The notes: generated by a model not told the origin, from the sequence alone. Counted from the stretch's first letter, positions 36,040 through 49,301 are shown. The stretch is DNA of 49,524 bases from Chiloscyllium plagiosum (GCF_004010195.1 NC_057720.1:26972024-27021547), one strand, 5' to 3'. Numbers and translations: made by a program.

Positions 36040-38356
36040 AAGATAGTTGTTGCTATTTGTAAAAATAACCCTGAGCTACCAGTTGCCTGCTACATCAACA
36101 CACCACACTGTTCCCTGGCCAACATTTCTGTCTCAGCCGACTGAAGAGTTCCAGTGAGGTTCAGCACAAGCTGTAAGAATAGCATCTCATTTTCCATTTG
36201 GAGACCCTGCAGCCTTCAGGATTCAATATCGAGTTCAATAATTTTAGGGAATGACACCTCTTTCCATGTCCTTACACATCCCCAAACCATGTCATGACAC
36301 GGGCCCAACCAGCCCATTTTCATACATTTCCGGTCACTGCGTGGGAAATCATGTCTCACAAACTTGATTGAGTTTTTTGAAGAAGTAACAAAGAGGATTG
36401 ATGAGGACAGAGCAGTAGATGTGATCTATATGGACTTCAGTAAGGCTTTCAACAAGGTTCCATGGGAGACTGATTAGCAAGATTAGATCTCATGGAATAC
36501 AGGAGAACTAGCCATTTGGATATAAAACAGGCTCAAAGGTAGAAGACAGAGGGTGGTGGTGGAGGGTTGTTTTTCAGACTGGAGGCCTGTGACCAGTGGA
36601 GTACCATAAGGATCAGTGCTGGGTCCTCTACTTTTCGTCATTTATATAAATGATGTGGATGTGAGCACAAGAAGTATAGTTAGTAAGTTTACAGATGACA
36701 CCAAAATTGGAGGTGTAGTGGACAGCGAAGAAGGTTACCTCAGATTACAACAGGGTTGTGATCAGATGGACCAATGGGCTGAGAAGTGGCAGATGGAGTT
36801 TAATTCAGATAAATGCGAGGTGCTGCATTTTGGGAAAGCAAATCTTAACAGGTCTTATACATGTATCTATATGGTCTTCAGTAAGGCTTTCGACAAGGTT
36901 CCATGGGAGACTGTTTAGCAAGATTAGATCTCATGGAATACAAGGAGAACTAGCCATTTGGATATGGAACTGGCTCAAAGGTAGAAGACAGAGGGTGGTG
37001 GTGGAGGGTTGTTTTTCAGACTGGAGGCCTGTGACCAGTGGAGTACCACAAGGATCGGTGCTGGGTCCTCTACTGTTCGTCATTTATATAAATGATGTGG
37101 ATGTGAGCACAAGAAGTATAGTTAGTAAGTTTACAGATGACACCAAAATTGGAGGTATAGTGGACAGCGAAGAAGGTTACCTCAGATTACAACAGGGTCG
37201 TGATCAGATGGGCCAATGGGCTGAGAAGTGGCAGATGGAATTTAATTTAGATAAATGCGAGGTGCTGCATTTTGGGAAAGCAAATCTTAACAGGTCTTAT
37301 ACATGTAATGGTAAGGTCCTAGAGAGTGTTGCTGAACAAAGAGACTTTTGAGTGCAGGTTCATAGCTCCTTGAAAGTGGAGTCGCAGGTAGATAGGATAG
37401 TGAAGAAGGCGTTTGGTATGCTTTCCTTTATCGGTCAGAGTATTGAGAACAGGGTTTGGGGGGTCATGTTGAGTCTGTACAGGACATTGGTTCGACCACT
37501 GTTGGAATATTACGTGCAATTCTGGTCTCCTTCCTATCAGAAAGATGTTGTGAAACTTGAAAGGGTTCAGAAAAGATTTATAAGGATATTGCTAGGGTTG
37601 GAGGATTTGAGCTGTAGGGAGAGGCTGAACAGGCTGGGCTGTTTTCGCTGGAGCATCGGAGGTTGCGGGGTGACCTTATAGAGGTTTACAAAATTATGAG
37701 GGGCATGGATAGGATAAATACACAAAGTCTTAGTATCGGAGGCTGAGAGGTGACCTTATAGAGGTTTATAAAATCATGAGGGGCATGGATGAGATAAACA
37801 GACAAAGTCTTTTCCCTGGGGTCGGGGAGTCTAGAACTAGAGGGCATAGGTTTAGGGTAAGAGGGGAAAGATATAAAACAGACCTAAGGGATAACGTTTT
37901 CACGCAAAGGATGGTACGTGTATGGAATGAGCTGCCAGAGGAAGTGGGGGAGGTTGGTACAATAGCAACTTTTAAAAGGCACTTGGATGGGTATATGAAT
38001 AGGAAGGGTTTGGAGGGATATGGGCTGGGTGCTGGCGGTGGGACTAGATTGGGTTGGAATATCTGGTCGGCATAGACGGGTTGGACCGATTCTATGACTC
38101 TATGACTTTGTCTGCATAACTGTCTTTTTTTTTCTCAATGGACCCAGTCTTCATCTCTTCCTTCTCTCCCCCTTCCCCTCCCTATCTTCAGCATAAGTAC
38201 CACTCTATCCCAGCTACTCTGAGTTCAGAAGAAGGATCATAGGATTCAAAATGTTAAGTTTGCTTTCTTTCCACAGATGCTGTCAGACCTGATGAGTTTC
38301 TGTAGTAATTTCCGTTTTTGTTTTGGATCTTCAGCATCTCCCATTCTTTGTTTTAC
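36040..38356 (+). mobile_element. PLE family C 3' end (endonuclease C-terminus and pseudo-LTR) split by a CR1 insertion
   Basis: PELPVACYIN..HLIFHLETLQPSGFNIEFNNFR at about 36070-36250; terminus with decayed hammerhead at 38225-38356. Confidence 0.7.
36337..38107 (+). mobile_element. CR1 LINE with internal tandem duplications
   Basis: RT motifs present twice (36424-36864 and 36865-37306); (CTATGACT)n tail. Confidence 0.95.
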
Positions 38357-38379
38357 TTAATGATTTTGCTGTTATTGAA

Positions 38380-39690
38380 GGGCAATCATCCCCACTTCAA
38401 TACACAGCTGCAGGGTACCACTTCAGGCAAATTCAAGAAAACCGCAAGGAACAGCACCACATTCATGACCTTGATGCCCTCACTAAAGCTTTTGACTCTG
38501 TAGATTTATGTGTACTCTCCTTTTCTAATCCACAATGACATGCAAGCCATCATCGTCACCAGAAGAGTCAAAGACCTGATCTCAGTGAAGACTGAGATCA
38601 AAGATGATTATATCATTGCACTCACCCTCTTCTCCATTTTCCTCACTGCAAGACTAAACTTCACTTCAGTTACTAACAGGCATGGGGATAATTTACAGAG
38701 CAAGCGAGAAACTGTTCGATCTATTCCATCTTCAATCAAAAACCAAAGTCACACCAACATCAGTCATTGAACTCCTGTATATTGATCATGATTGTGTGTG
38801 AATTTACTCAGGAGCTGAACTCTGGATCATTGCCATCTCTTTTTCTGAAGCCTATGACAAAACAGGCCTTTTACTAAATGAAGATCAACTTAACCAACTG
38901 CAAAGTACACCACATACCATCATGAATTAAGATCAGTAACGAGATGCTGGAAAATGTCAATCATTTTCTTCACCTTTGAAGCTTCTTCTTGATAAAGACA
39001 GATATGGACAACAAAATTCATTTCTTCTTCCAATTTGCCAGCCTAGCCTACAAACCAAACAAAACATCATTTGAGGACTAGGATTGAAACTTGAGCTCAA
39101 AGTCAAAGCTTACTGGGCAACAGCAATCTCCATGCTCCAAAGTACTTGAAGATGTGGATAACCTACAGTCAGCATCTCAAGGCCCTGAAGAAGTACTACC
39201 AGCAACACCTTTATAAGGTCCTGTATCTCCATTCGCAAGAAGTGACTCAATGCTGAGCATGTTTGCCGAAGCCAACATGCTCAGCATTGAGGTGCTTGAC
39301 ACTTGCTCCACTGTTGGCAACTGTCATTTCTATGCTTGACACCAGACTCCCCAAGTAGCTGCACTACTGTGAATGTGGTCAGCAGAAATGGTCCCAGAAT
39401 GGCAGTAGAAAAAATGTAAAGATGTCCTCAAAGTATCCCTGAAGAGATCAAACATCGCCACTGAATGAAAGGAGTCACTGCTTTTGGTCAATCAAAATGG
39501 CGAAGGTTCATTAGGACAGGCAGCAAATGCATCAAAAGACTTTGTTAGGAATGTGCAGAGGTGAACTCAACATGGCGGGAGCGCACAAGCCTCTGAATAA
39601 TCTGATCTCCCCCAACCCTCCAAAAGGACCATCAACTCAACATGTGGTAGACTCTACAGATTGAGCACTGACCTAACCAGCCATCACATA
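38380..39690 (+). mobile_element. Decayed RTE-clade LINE
   Basis: LTKAFDSV, IHNDMQA and SVKTEIKDDYIIALTLFSIFL resemble RTE RT motifs. Confidence 0.7.
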
Positions 39691-39719
39691 TCATAAAAAT
39701 GCTGTTTTCGTGATGTTAA

Positions 39720-39960
39720 TTGTAGGTATTAATATTGATGAGGAATAATTCCTGTTACTGTTTGAAACAGTGGCATGGTATTTTTCACATATGTCTGTCA
39801 GAACAGACAGAACTTTAGTTTAATAGCTTATTCAAAAAAGGACACCTCCAACAATTTAGCATCCTCTCAGTACTCCACTGGACTCTCAACCTATAATCCT
39901 GCCTTCAAATCTCTGGAGTGGTGTTTGAACACACACAACTTTCCTGATTCAAAGGTTCAC
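39720..39960 (-). mobile_element. Deu-type SINE relic
   Basis: CTCTCAGTACTCCACTGG..CTCTGGAGTGG..TTGAAC. Confidence 0.55.
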
Positions 39961-40102
39961 TGTGATGTTGTCCACTCTTCAAAAGGGACAGGAGTAGGCA
40001 GCAGCACTGTGGCAGGGAAGAGAGCAAGAACATACATAGCACCTTTCATTATCGCAGAGTGACACAGACTGCTTCAGAGCCAATGAATTATTTCTGAAGA
40101 GT

Positions 40103-40270
40103 AAAACAAAGAACTGTGGGTGCTGGAGATTTGAAACAAAGACAGAAATTGCTGGTGAAACGCAGCAGGTCTGGTAGCGTAGATGAAGAGTCACCAGACT
40201 GAAACTGTTAACTTTGCTTTCTCTCCACTGATGCTGCCAGACCTGCTGAGTTGCACAAGCAAATTGTTTT
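40103..40270. mobile_element. PLE family C fold-back fragment with broken hammerhead
   Basis: CAGCAGGTCTGGTAGC / GCTGCCAGACCTGCTG inverted pair; GATGAAGAGTCACCAGACTGAAAC. Confidence 0.75.
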
Positions 40271-41241
40271 TTCTTGCTGAAATGTAATCGCCGTCATGTC
40301 GTGAACCTTCAATTTCCAGTCCATATGCTAAAACGGATAAAAGCTCATTGTTTGCCTTGCAGCCTGTTATCGCAGATATTTTATGCATAAGGTCGAGTTT
40401 CAGTTTGTTGTCTGCGGTTCTATTTTTAAATAAGAGCAAGTAGTTTTTAAGATGTCCTTTTCCACTATCTCGCTGGAAAGATGATGGTAAGGAAAGTACA
40501 TTCAACCCTTCCATGGAATGCATAAAATAGGGACAAGGAAGCATTTTTATTTGAAAAATGCATCTTAAAATGGAAAAAAGATCTCTATAAGGAACTTTTC
40601 TTATTTATAATTGTTTTGTTAATAATTAAAATTGTTGCAGATAAAAAGACACAAGACCACATACATTTCTTGAGAACAAAATAGTGGTTTCAGTAAATAT
40701 AAGGGTAGACTTTCATGGCATGAGATTTTAAAATGGAGGATTGCAACTACATTAAAATTGCAAATTATAATCAGGAAAGAAACTGTCTTACGTAATGTGA
40801 TAATTATGGTAAAATAGTTGTCTATCAATCTGGACCAAACAATTTGATAAATTGGGTTTTTTCTCTTCCTTTCAATTCGTTGATGTTGACAAAAAGCAGT
40901 TTGTACATCTTCATTCAGCAGCTGTTGAGACCTTTTTTGAAAAATGCATCTTAAAGTGGAAGAAGGATCTGTATGATGGACGAATTCCAATGGACTTTTC
41001 TTACTCACTTATTGAGAATTCTCCACTTTCAGACTCTTCAAAGGTGTTTTTCTGCTTTTTGTTTCAACATGAGAATTTGCAGTGAAGGCAGGTCGAAGGA
41101 AGCTAGCTGTAACTGGAGACTTTCAGGTACCTCCACACATGAGAAAGAGACCTAGAGAGAGATTTTTTTCATGCATTCTCTTTCCAAGTGAAGTGGTTGT
41201 CTATTGCACTGTCCCAGCACAAGACTTGGGCACCTGGACAG

Positions 41242-41333
41242 GACTGAAAAATGTGTTGCTGGAAAAGCACAGCAGGTCAGGCAGCATCCAAGGAGCAGGA
41301 GAATCGACGTTTCGGGCATAAGCCCTTCTTCAG
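41242..41333 (-). mobile_element. PLE family A unit with 12-bp TSD; hammerhead at 41306-41333
   Basis: GCACCTGGACAG at 41230-41241 and 41333-41344. Confidence 0.88.
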
Positions 41334-41689
41334 CACCTGGACAGAAGTCAATTAAAACATTGTAGCTAAGTAATTGTCCCTTAATTCAGACTACATTGAC
41401 TCCATGGTTTCTGCTTCTGCTCACTGTTCCAGGAAAATGCAAAATTTGTACACAACATGTTCCTGTAAACATGTTTTTTTAAAACTGCAGGCATTTCATT
41501 GCATAATCTCCTTGGCTTAAACTTGTATGTTCATTTTATAGCTCACACTCCAAAACTAAATTTTTAAAAGATGTGGCCTTTACCCTCTAAAGCAAATAAA
41601 ATGGGTGGAACTTTCCCAGCCACTAAATGGCATGAGCGTTGGCAAGAAAGTTGGAAAATCACATGAGAAGTCCAAGGAGCTTCTGATTG

Positions 41690-42011
41690 TTTTTTTAGAT
41701 TAGATTAGATTACTTACAGTGTGGAAACAGGCTCTTCGGCCCAACAAGTCCACACCGCCCCGTCAAAGCGCAACCCACCCATACCCCTACATTTACACCT
41801 TACCTAACACTACAGGCAATTTAGCATGGCCAATTCACCTGACCTGCACATCTTCGGACTGTGGGAGGAAACCGGAGCACCCGGAGGAAACCCACACAGA
41901 CACGGGGAGAACGTGCAAACTCCACACAGTCAGTCGCCTGAGGCGGAAACTGAACCCGGGTCTCAGGCGCTGTGAGGCAGCAGTGCTAACCACTGTGCCA
42001 CCGTACCGCCC
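41690..42011 (-). mobile_element. HE1-type V-SINE, full length
   Basis: Reverse complement of the 16389-16721 family; (GATTA)n tail. Confidence 0.9.
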
Positions 42012-42999
42012 GTGTTGAGACTAGAAAGACCCATTGACCAACCTTTGAGTTGAGTTTCTTACTAATGCATGAGAGAACTATTTGCATGTATTAACATATC
42101 ATTATTATCTCATTAATATGTATTATCCTATTCTCCCACCTGTCAGATAGATGCTAGATGGTAACAGTTCCTGATATGAAAGTCAAACAGTTACCAGGCA
42201 ACTCCAGCTTGCTGCTTTATCTCTGGAATTCCATCTTGGACACAATGCATCAACACCTCAGGGCCTGTTCCATGGGCAGTGACCACCACATCTATACCCA
42301 CCCATGGACAATGGTATCAGGTGCATACAGGCTTAAACCTTTAAGGCACATTTCTGATTGGCTAACAAGATGGTTCCACACTTAAATGGTGGACAAGCGC
42401 CTTTCAATGGAATGCTGCTGCCAGGACTCCAAGTACACAATGACAAGGGCCCAAGCAGGCTGCACCTCCGGGCTGCTCGCTTGCTCTCTCAGTACTCATT
42501 CATTTTATGTTTACTTTGATGTACACAGCATCCCTGCCTTGTCTTGTCCTGCACTGAACCCCATCAGCCAGAGCTTAAAGACTCACAATACTTCTGCTTT
42601 ACCTTGCCTTGCCTTTTAGCCCCGACACAAAGCCTGGCAGATTGCCATGGTTGCCAGATTACACTTATACTGTGAGTTTAAAACTCTCTGACTTTGTATT
42701 GTAAGTAAATAGATTGGGTCATTCTGTTTTAACTTCACTTGCTTAATGATCTGTCAAAACAAAGTCTGCAACAATGCATTTTCGTTTCAGTGAAAGACCA
42801 CTTCTTTAAAACCAAATGAAACATGATCTATTAGGCCAAATTTCAGCCTGGGATCCGTTCTGAACATTCATAACAGACTCAAATCGTTAACTTTGTTTCT
42901 CTCTCAACAGATGCTGCCAGACATTCCACAACATTCCCTGTGTTAATTTGGAACCTGATTTGCCCAATAATAACAATCAACTCGGATTGTAACATCCTC

Positions 43000-44245
43000 G
43001 GTGCCAAAGTAGCAAACACCTTCCAAGTTGTCACGGCTTGTACATGGCGCTGCAGCTGATCCAATGACTTGGAGTGTGCTGGATGCCAACACGTCTATGG
43101 AGGAAGCTCTGACCTTCGCATGCCAAAGGCATCATGGTGCAAACAGCATTGGTGTCAGTCTGCCCTATGCCTCCGACAAACCTGCCCACTACTCTCAAAT
43201 TCCGCTTGTGCATTCCTGTGAGGGTCTTAACTGTCAACACCATGGGGATTCTCTCCTGCCTGAGTCTCCAACAGTCCTCCCAGTGTCAGCAGTCTGCAGT
43301 GTTGCACCCTTGATTAGTTGCGGAGATATGGCGGGGATATGCTTAGCATCAGGTGCTCCTGACTCTAATCTGGCTAAAATACCCACCGAGGTACGACAAT
43401 GGAGGAGACAGTCCTGTTGGTGCTTCCTCTGAGGGATTTGAGAATTCCCCAGAGGTGGGGTATGAGAAATGTATTACAAGGTTACCCTCTTGACTGTGCA
43501 TATTCCACTTGTACTTGCAAGAAACAAAAGAGAGAAAGGGTCCCAAACAAAGAGTAGGGGTTCAGGCATGTCAAGAGTATGTTCACAGTGAGAGTAATGG
43601 GAGAGCAGCACCACAATGATCAATGATTCTTACTTGTTGATAGGATATGGACACTTTGGCCTCACCACATGAGCAGTTTTGGTCCTCACCAGCCAGGGCC
43701 AAGATCCTCTCATCATAGTTGAGGGTTGGGGAGCGTGATGAGGGGCTAAAAGAGGCCACCCTCACAGCCATCATGGCTTTCTCCATCTTCTGGTGGGCCA
43801 TTTTCTCCTGAAATGGAATAAGGAAGGGATTGACTAAGGCACAGATTTCTGGCACAGCTGCCAGTGTGAGTGAGGGAAAGGTGATGATGGGTCCCACCTG
43901 AGTGAGTGAGTAGACAGCACAGAGGGCTGCAGAGGGGATTGGACGAGTGAGAGCAAAATTAGGGAAGTTGTTACAGACAATGAGAGTGGTATACCAAGAG
44001 TCTCAGAGACAAATGGTGACCCGTCTCCTGACGGAGTGGAGAAGATACTTGACCTGCATCCTGCATTGCTGAGCTTTTCTCTAGATCCTCAACACTACAC
44101 AGATTCGGGTGGCAACATTGGGCAAGACTGACAGGGTATGGTGCCATGGTCTTCACTGCTGAAAGAGGATTGCCCTCCTTTCCACTACTGCATCCACCAA
44201 GACCTCCAGGTCTCTGTCCACAAAGTGGGGCATCAGTTTTCCCTT
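43000..44245 (-). pseudogene. Second decayed PIF/Harbinger Myb/SANT gene
   Basis: Exon 1 PHFVDRDLEVLVDAVVERRAILF..QQCRMQVKYLLHSVR (about 44240-44028, two stops); exon 2 43807-43634 with tttcag and gtaag sites, EKMAH..YDERILALAGED; exon 3 remnant TSVGILARLESGA. Confidence 0.75.
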
Positions 44246-45339
44246 GTCTGGAGCAAATAATACAAGCAGTGTTGGCCGGTTCTGGATGACTTATATTTGA
44301 CCAGGGGCACAATAGCCTTTTAAATGTAACACCAGCATCAGGGATTCCAGGATATCTAGCACTGTTCAGTATTTCCAGATACAACAAGTGGTAGAATACA
44401 CAAGAGGGCAACAAAGGGGTGTTGGACATGGGAATTAAGTGAATTTGGAAAGACAGCAGAGAGAAATTCGACACAAATCAACACTTAGTCAAAGCAGCCA
44501 TTTTAGCTTTAAGAAAATGAGTGGAATTGGTTTGATAGCTTATCCTGCAATGTTTAATTTCTTGAAATATTTTTGAAATTTTTTTTTAAAAACTGCAAAT
44601 CCTTTCTTCCGTATGCCACTTTGATATTGGATTTCTAACACTAGCAATTCTATCCACTTCTTTTCCTGTGTAACATCTGAGTCACATTCCTCCTCCCCCT
44701 CAGACATGACGATGGGTTCTTTGAAAAGTCAACTATTATTTGGGATTTGGATGACTCATCTGCAAAGATAAGAACACTAGAATGCTGAATTATGATGCTG
44801 AGGATAAGTTTTTCAAGTTCACACTTGCAGTTTGGAGTCCTGCCAACCAGAAGTATACATTAAGCACACAATTTCATTTAAATGAATATAGCTTGTAGTG
44901 CAGGTTTCACCTTATCGCAAGTCACTAAGTGGTATCACTGTTTTATGTATGTTTTATACATTTTTGCAAAGAACCATCATGATCCATATCTAACATGGGT
45001 TCAGATGTCTTTCTTAAATTAAAAATGGTAACTCAAAGTTGTGGTAACATTTGTTTAATTTCTTGAGTCTTTTTGAGAAAGATTCTGCATGAAAAGAACA
45101 ATTGAGAGTAGGTGTTGTCTGAGAAGGTGTTTGCTGCTGGTGAATGAGTAATATGAAAGTATTTAATTTTTTAAAACTTTCTACAATACCGATAAAAAGA
45201 TAATACATGCTCTCAGAAGCAAAAGAATAAATAATATGTTCATTGTTGTGGGCTATGAAATAAGAGTAGCAATGTAATTTCTTGCTGGTTTTCAACATAA
45301 ATCGCCTTCAAATCTTTTTGGCTGCAAAGTAAATTTGTG

Positions 45340-45892
45340 ATCACTCTCAGAATTTAGTTTGAAAGTATTTGGAATATGCGAACCACTCTTAAAATAACAT
45401 AGCTTGTCCGCCTGGGTATTAAGAGTCAGCTATGTGGCATGGAGATAGAATCATTATCAATTACATTGATAAGTGCCTGTCTCTGACTCTCGTCATGTGA
45501 CTCTTAACACCTATCATTTTATTCCAGCCATTTGATTTGTCTCTAGCTCCATTTATTCTTAATATCTTATAATTACTTCCCTGACTTAATTACTCAGATC
45601 ATAAGCCATTCTTTCACTTGTTATTCAGCGGTTGACGTTTAACTCACACTGTTTGACACTTCCGATCACCACCACAGACTTATTGTTCAGCCTGTCGATG
45701 CTCCACTCACACCATTTGTACTATCTTTTGACACTCTTAATTACCGGAATTATCCTGCAAAGATCTCTCCATCTATAAAATCTGTGACTGTGCACTGCCC
45801 TCCATTTCACCTGACAAAGGAGCAGTGCTTTCTAAGCTTGTGATTTCAAATCAACCTGTTGGACTATAGCCTGGTGTCATGTGACTTCTGAA
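45340..45892 (+). mobile_element. PLE family B-like 3' region with decayed hammerhead at about 45811-45840
   Basis: CACCTGACAAAGGAGCAGTGCTTTCTAAGCTTGTG..CCTGTTGGACTATAGCCTGGTGTC; 5' boundary uncertain. Confidence 0.6.
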
Positions 45893-45907
45893 TCTGTCTC
45901 TGAAAGG

Positions 45908-46230
45908 AATGGGTTTAAATCCCACCACTGCAGCTAATAGAATTTAATTCATAAATCAGGAATATAAAGCTGACTTTAGTAATGAAGGCCATGGCACCTA
46001 TCATTGTTGTAAGAACCCATTTCATTCACTAATGTAATTTAGCAAAGGAAATCTACTATCCTTATCTAGTCTGGCCTACATGTGACTCTAGAAATACAAC
46101 AATATGGTTACTCTTAATTGTCCCTGAAATGACCAATCAAGATTCTCAGCTCAAGGGCAATTAACGATTAGCAAAGCCAGTATTTATTAACCATGATACG
46201 TACATTCCATGGAAGAATAAAGAAAAAAAA
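45908..46230 (+). mobile_element. tRNA-derived SINE (family of 28287-28613)
   Basis: GGGTTTAAATCCCACC B box; GTCTGGCCTACATGTGACT core; GGGCAATTA..GAATAAAGAAAAAAAA tail. Confidence 0.7.
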
Positions 46231-47074
46231 CTCAAATTTCTTTGATTTTTCTTTGAAACTGGTTGGAATGTACCTTGCTGGAAGCAGGAACCACCTACAA
46301 AATTGACAAAGCCAATTTTTATTGTTTTCACTCCTTTCCAGGCCTTTCAAGGAAACTTTTAAATAAAAACTCCTTCTTAAAAGCTTTTAAATGCAAAACG
46401 AGCAACTCTACCCTAACACAACTGCAAAAGACGGTACAGTTTCCCAATATTTTCTCTCTAAGTGTGGGGCCAGCATGTAAGTGGGGATTACCACTGCACC
46501 CCACCAACCAAGATCTTTTTGATCAGCCACGAATCAGCTCATGATGAACTTATGCTATCAGAAGTTTTTGGCCAACCAGGCACTGGCAGCATCTGGGCCC
46601 TAAAGACTTGCAATTAAGGCCTAAATCTCAGGGGATCCAGCACTGAGATGGTAAACCATATTTATCTTGTGTCATGGGGGAAACTCACAGGGACAGGGTA
46701 GCAAGAGGCAAGGGCAGGACTAGCTTTCAGAGAGCTACACACTGCTCCCCATCTGTGCGTCCAGTTATCCTCACATTGGGGTACTTGGATGACACAGCCA
46801 ACTCTGCAGACTGATTTTTCACTTCAGGTTGAGAAGCTGTAGTCGGTACAGTTCCTGAACCCATTCCGAGGGAGAAACAGTCACTCTGAGATTTTGACCT
46901 TTCCCGTATTTTCTCATCCACTGTAGACCTCAATGGTTCTGTAAGGAGGCAGATAATCAAGAAGGTGTTGGGTTGAGACCCATAAGTAGCTATTAATTGA
47001 GCATTTAACAGCATTATTAGTTGGCAAGTTGAAAAATCCCAAAAGGACTCCATTACTGACTTTACCAATATACA

Positions 47075-47480
47075 ATACAAACATATGAAATGAGAACTGA
47101 AATGGACCATTTGGACCCTGGATCCAGCTCTTTCATTTGATAAAATCACATGTGATTCATTTGTGTTCTGACTTCCATAACTCCATATCCCCCAGTTACT
47201 TTAGATCCCTTGCCTAATACAAAAATATCCACCTTGGTCTTAAAAATATTTGCTTACCCCACTTCCACTGCCTTTGGAGCTATAGCATTCCAAAGTCCCC
47301 TGAGACGGAAGCATTCTCATTTCCATTTTGAAAGGGTGACCCCAGATCTTAAAACAGTGAGCCCTGGTACTGAAGTGACCCTCAAGAGAAAACATCCTTT
47401 CCACGTGCTCTTTGTCAAGACCATTCAGGATCTTATACTTTACAATCAAATTACCCCTCACTCTTCGAAACTCCATTGGA
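47075..47480 (-). mobile_element. Old CR1 3' fragment
   Basis: EFRRVRGNLIVKYKILNGLDK..RMF. Confidence 0.8.
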
Positions 47481-48499
47481 AACAATAGGCCATAAAACCC
47501 AAAGAAACGTGCAAAGCAGTTGAGAGAGCAAGGCAGATCAAATCCTGTTAAACAATAATGAAATAAGAAGAAAATAAAGATCAGGATTGAGATCATGAAA
47601 TCACAATCTCATTGTTTTTGTGATGTGGAATATTGCAAATGTGTTAGTTCACTTCAATACCAAGTCTATTCTGCGATCTGTCAATTAGGGATTAGCAAAA
47701 TCAGTATTTATTGGCCATGATGCCCACATTCCATGGAAGAATAAAGAAAAAAAACTCAAATTTATTTGATTTTTCTTTGAAACGGATTGTAATATATCTT
47801 TACTGGAAGTAGGAACCATCAAACAATCAATACATTTCAACATGTGCAAATTTTCATTGACATTGTCAATTATGTATTGGTTGCAATTTTCTGCTGCAAA
47901 ATAATGAGGCTGTGAACACTTTCCCCAAATGGATTTTTACCAAGAGAATGTGCCCATTAATGAGAAAAGGCAGAATGACATAGAGATCAGGGATGCAGGA
48001 CTAGGAAAGGGTGGAAAATTGGGACGAAAGTAAACTGATAATGGTAAGATGTACAGTATAAATTTAAATTATAATTAACACCACTGTGCATACTTTAACA
48101 AACCATCTGAAATTGTGTTTGGAAGCTTTCCTCAAAATTGTTTAAGTACCCGTTCCCCCATATCCTTGCAGCCCCAATGTAATAATCACTGCAACGATTT
48201 GTTCAATGATGCTATGTTAATACATCGACTCACCGAATCCATATATCACAATAGTTGGGACTGAAAGTTCAATATTTGAAACTTATCAGTTTTGCCATGA
48301 TCACTTGAACTTGAAATTTTTCCTTGAGAACAAGCTCGTTGGCCACTTTATATGCTGTTTTAGTGCCTTCTCAACCCTTATGTTATACAAGATACATGTG
48401 AAAAATGCAGTTGAGCTTTGTGTGATTTCATGTCAGTTGATCACCAATAACATAATTTGATCACTAATGTCAAATGATAACTTTTGAACTCAGATGATC

Positions 48500-48720
48500 A
48501 CAAATAAGTGCATATGAATACTGCAAAGTGCAGAATGATATCAACATTTCCTGGTAGGACAGACTAACATCAGTTGTCAAGAAGATACTAGAATCTACAA
48601 TGAAGGACAGAGTGATTGAGCATTTGGAGCTGACAGGAGAGAGCTGATGTGTCTTGGTTAACAGCAGGTCTGACTTACGAATCTATTTCAATGTATTGAG
48701 AGTTACTGATAAAAGGTAAA
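48500..48720 (+). mobile_element. Very old CR1 RT fragment
   Basis: Degenerate LTSVVKKILES..KDRVIEHLE. Confidence 0.5.
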
Positions 48721-49301
48721 TAAGCGACACTCAAAATCTCACAGCGGGTTCAGAACCCAGAAACAGTTTCTCACCCTCAAGTGCCCATTGTAAGTGTAAG
48801 TTTTGTCCACATGTTGGAGTCACCAGTGCATTGTATCAGATGCCACAAGGTAATACTTACACATATTTTATTTAGGGAAAACTGCACTTGAGCAGTACAG
48901 ACTAATGTTCTGAAGGGAATATGCAGGTCAAATGAGCTGAAGTCACTGAATTAGTCACATATAATATTTGGATCTGATTCAAGTTGCCTTTCAGAGAAGT
49001 AATCTGATGAAGTATTCAGCAGCTGTTCAATGAGTAAGTCAATTTATGTCTGAAGTCAGCAGATTGCATAACTTATTTTGAAACATTTCAGAGCATCTTG
49101 GTTAAAGTTCAGGGTAAGAGACAAACCTTTTTGCTCCAAAACACCATTTAGCCTTAGACACAATTTCAAAACTATTGGTCGTGTCAGTCAACGGTGCAAA
49201 AAAAAAGTGCATTTTGTTTGGTTCTCTTGCTCATATCTTTATGCCCTCTTTGTTATCTTGGCGAGCTATGATTGAAATTATGTTAGGAGGTTCATTCCAG
49301 A

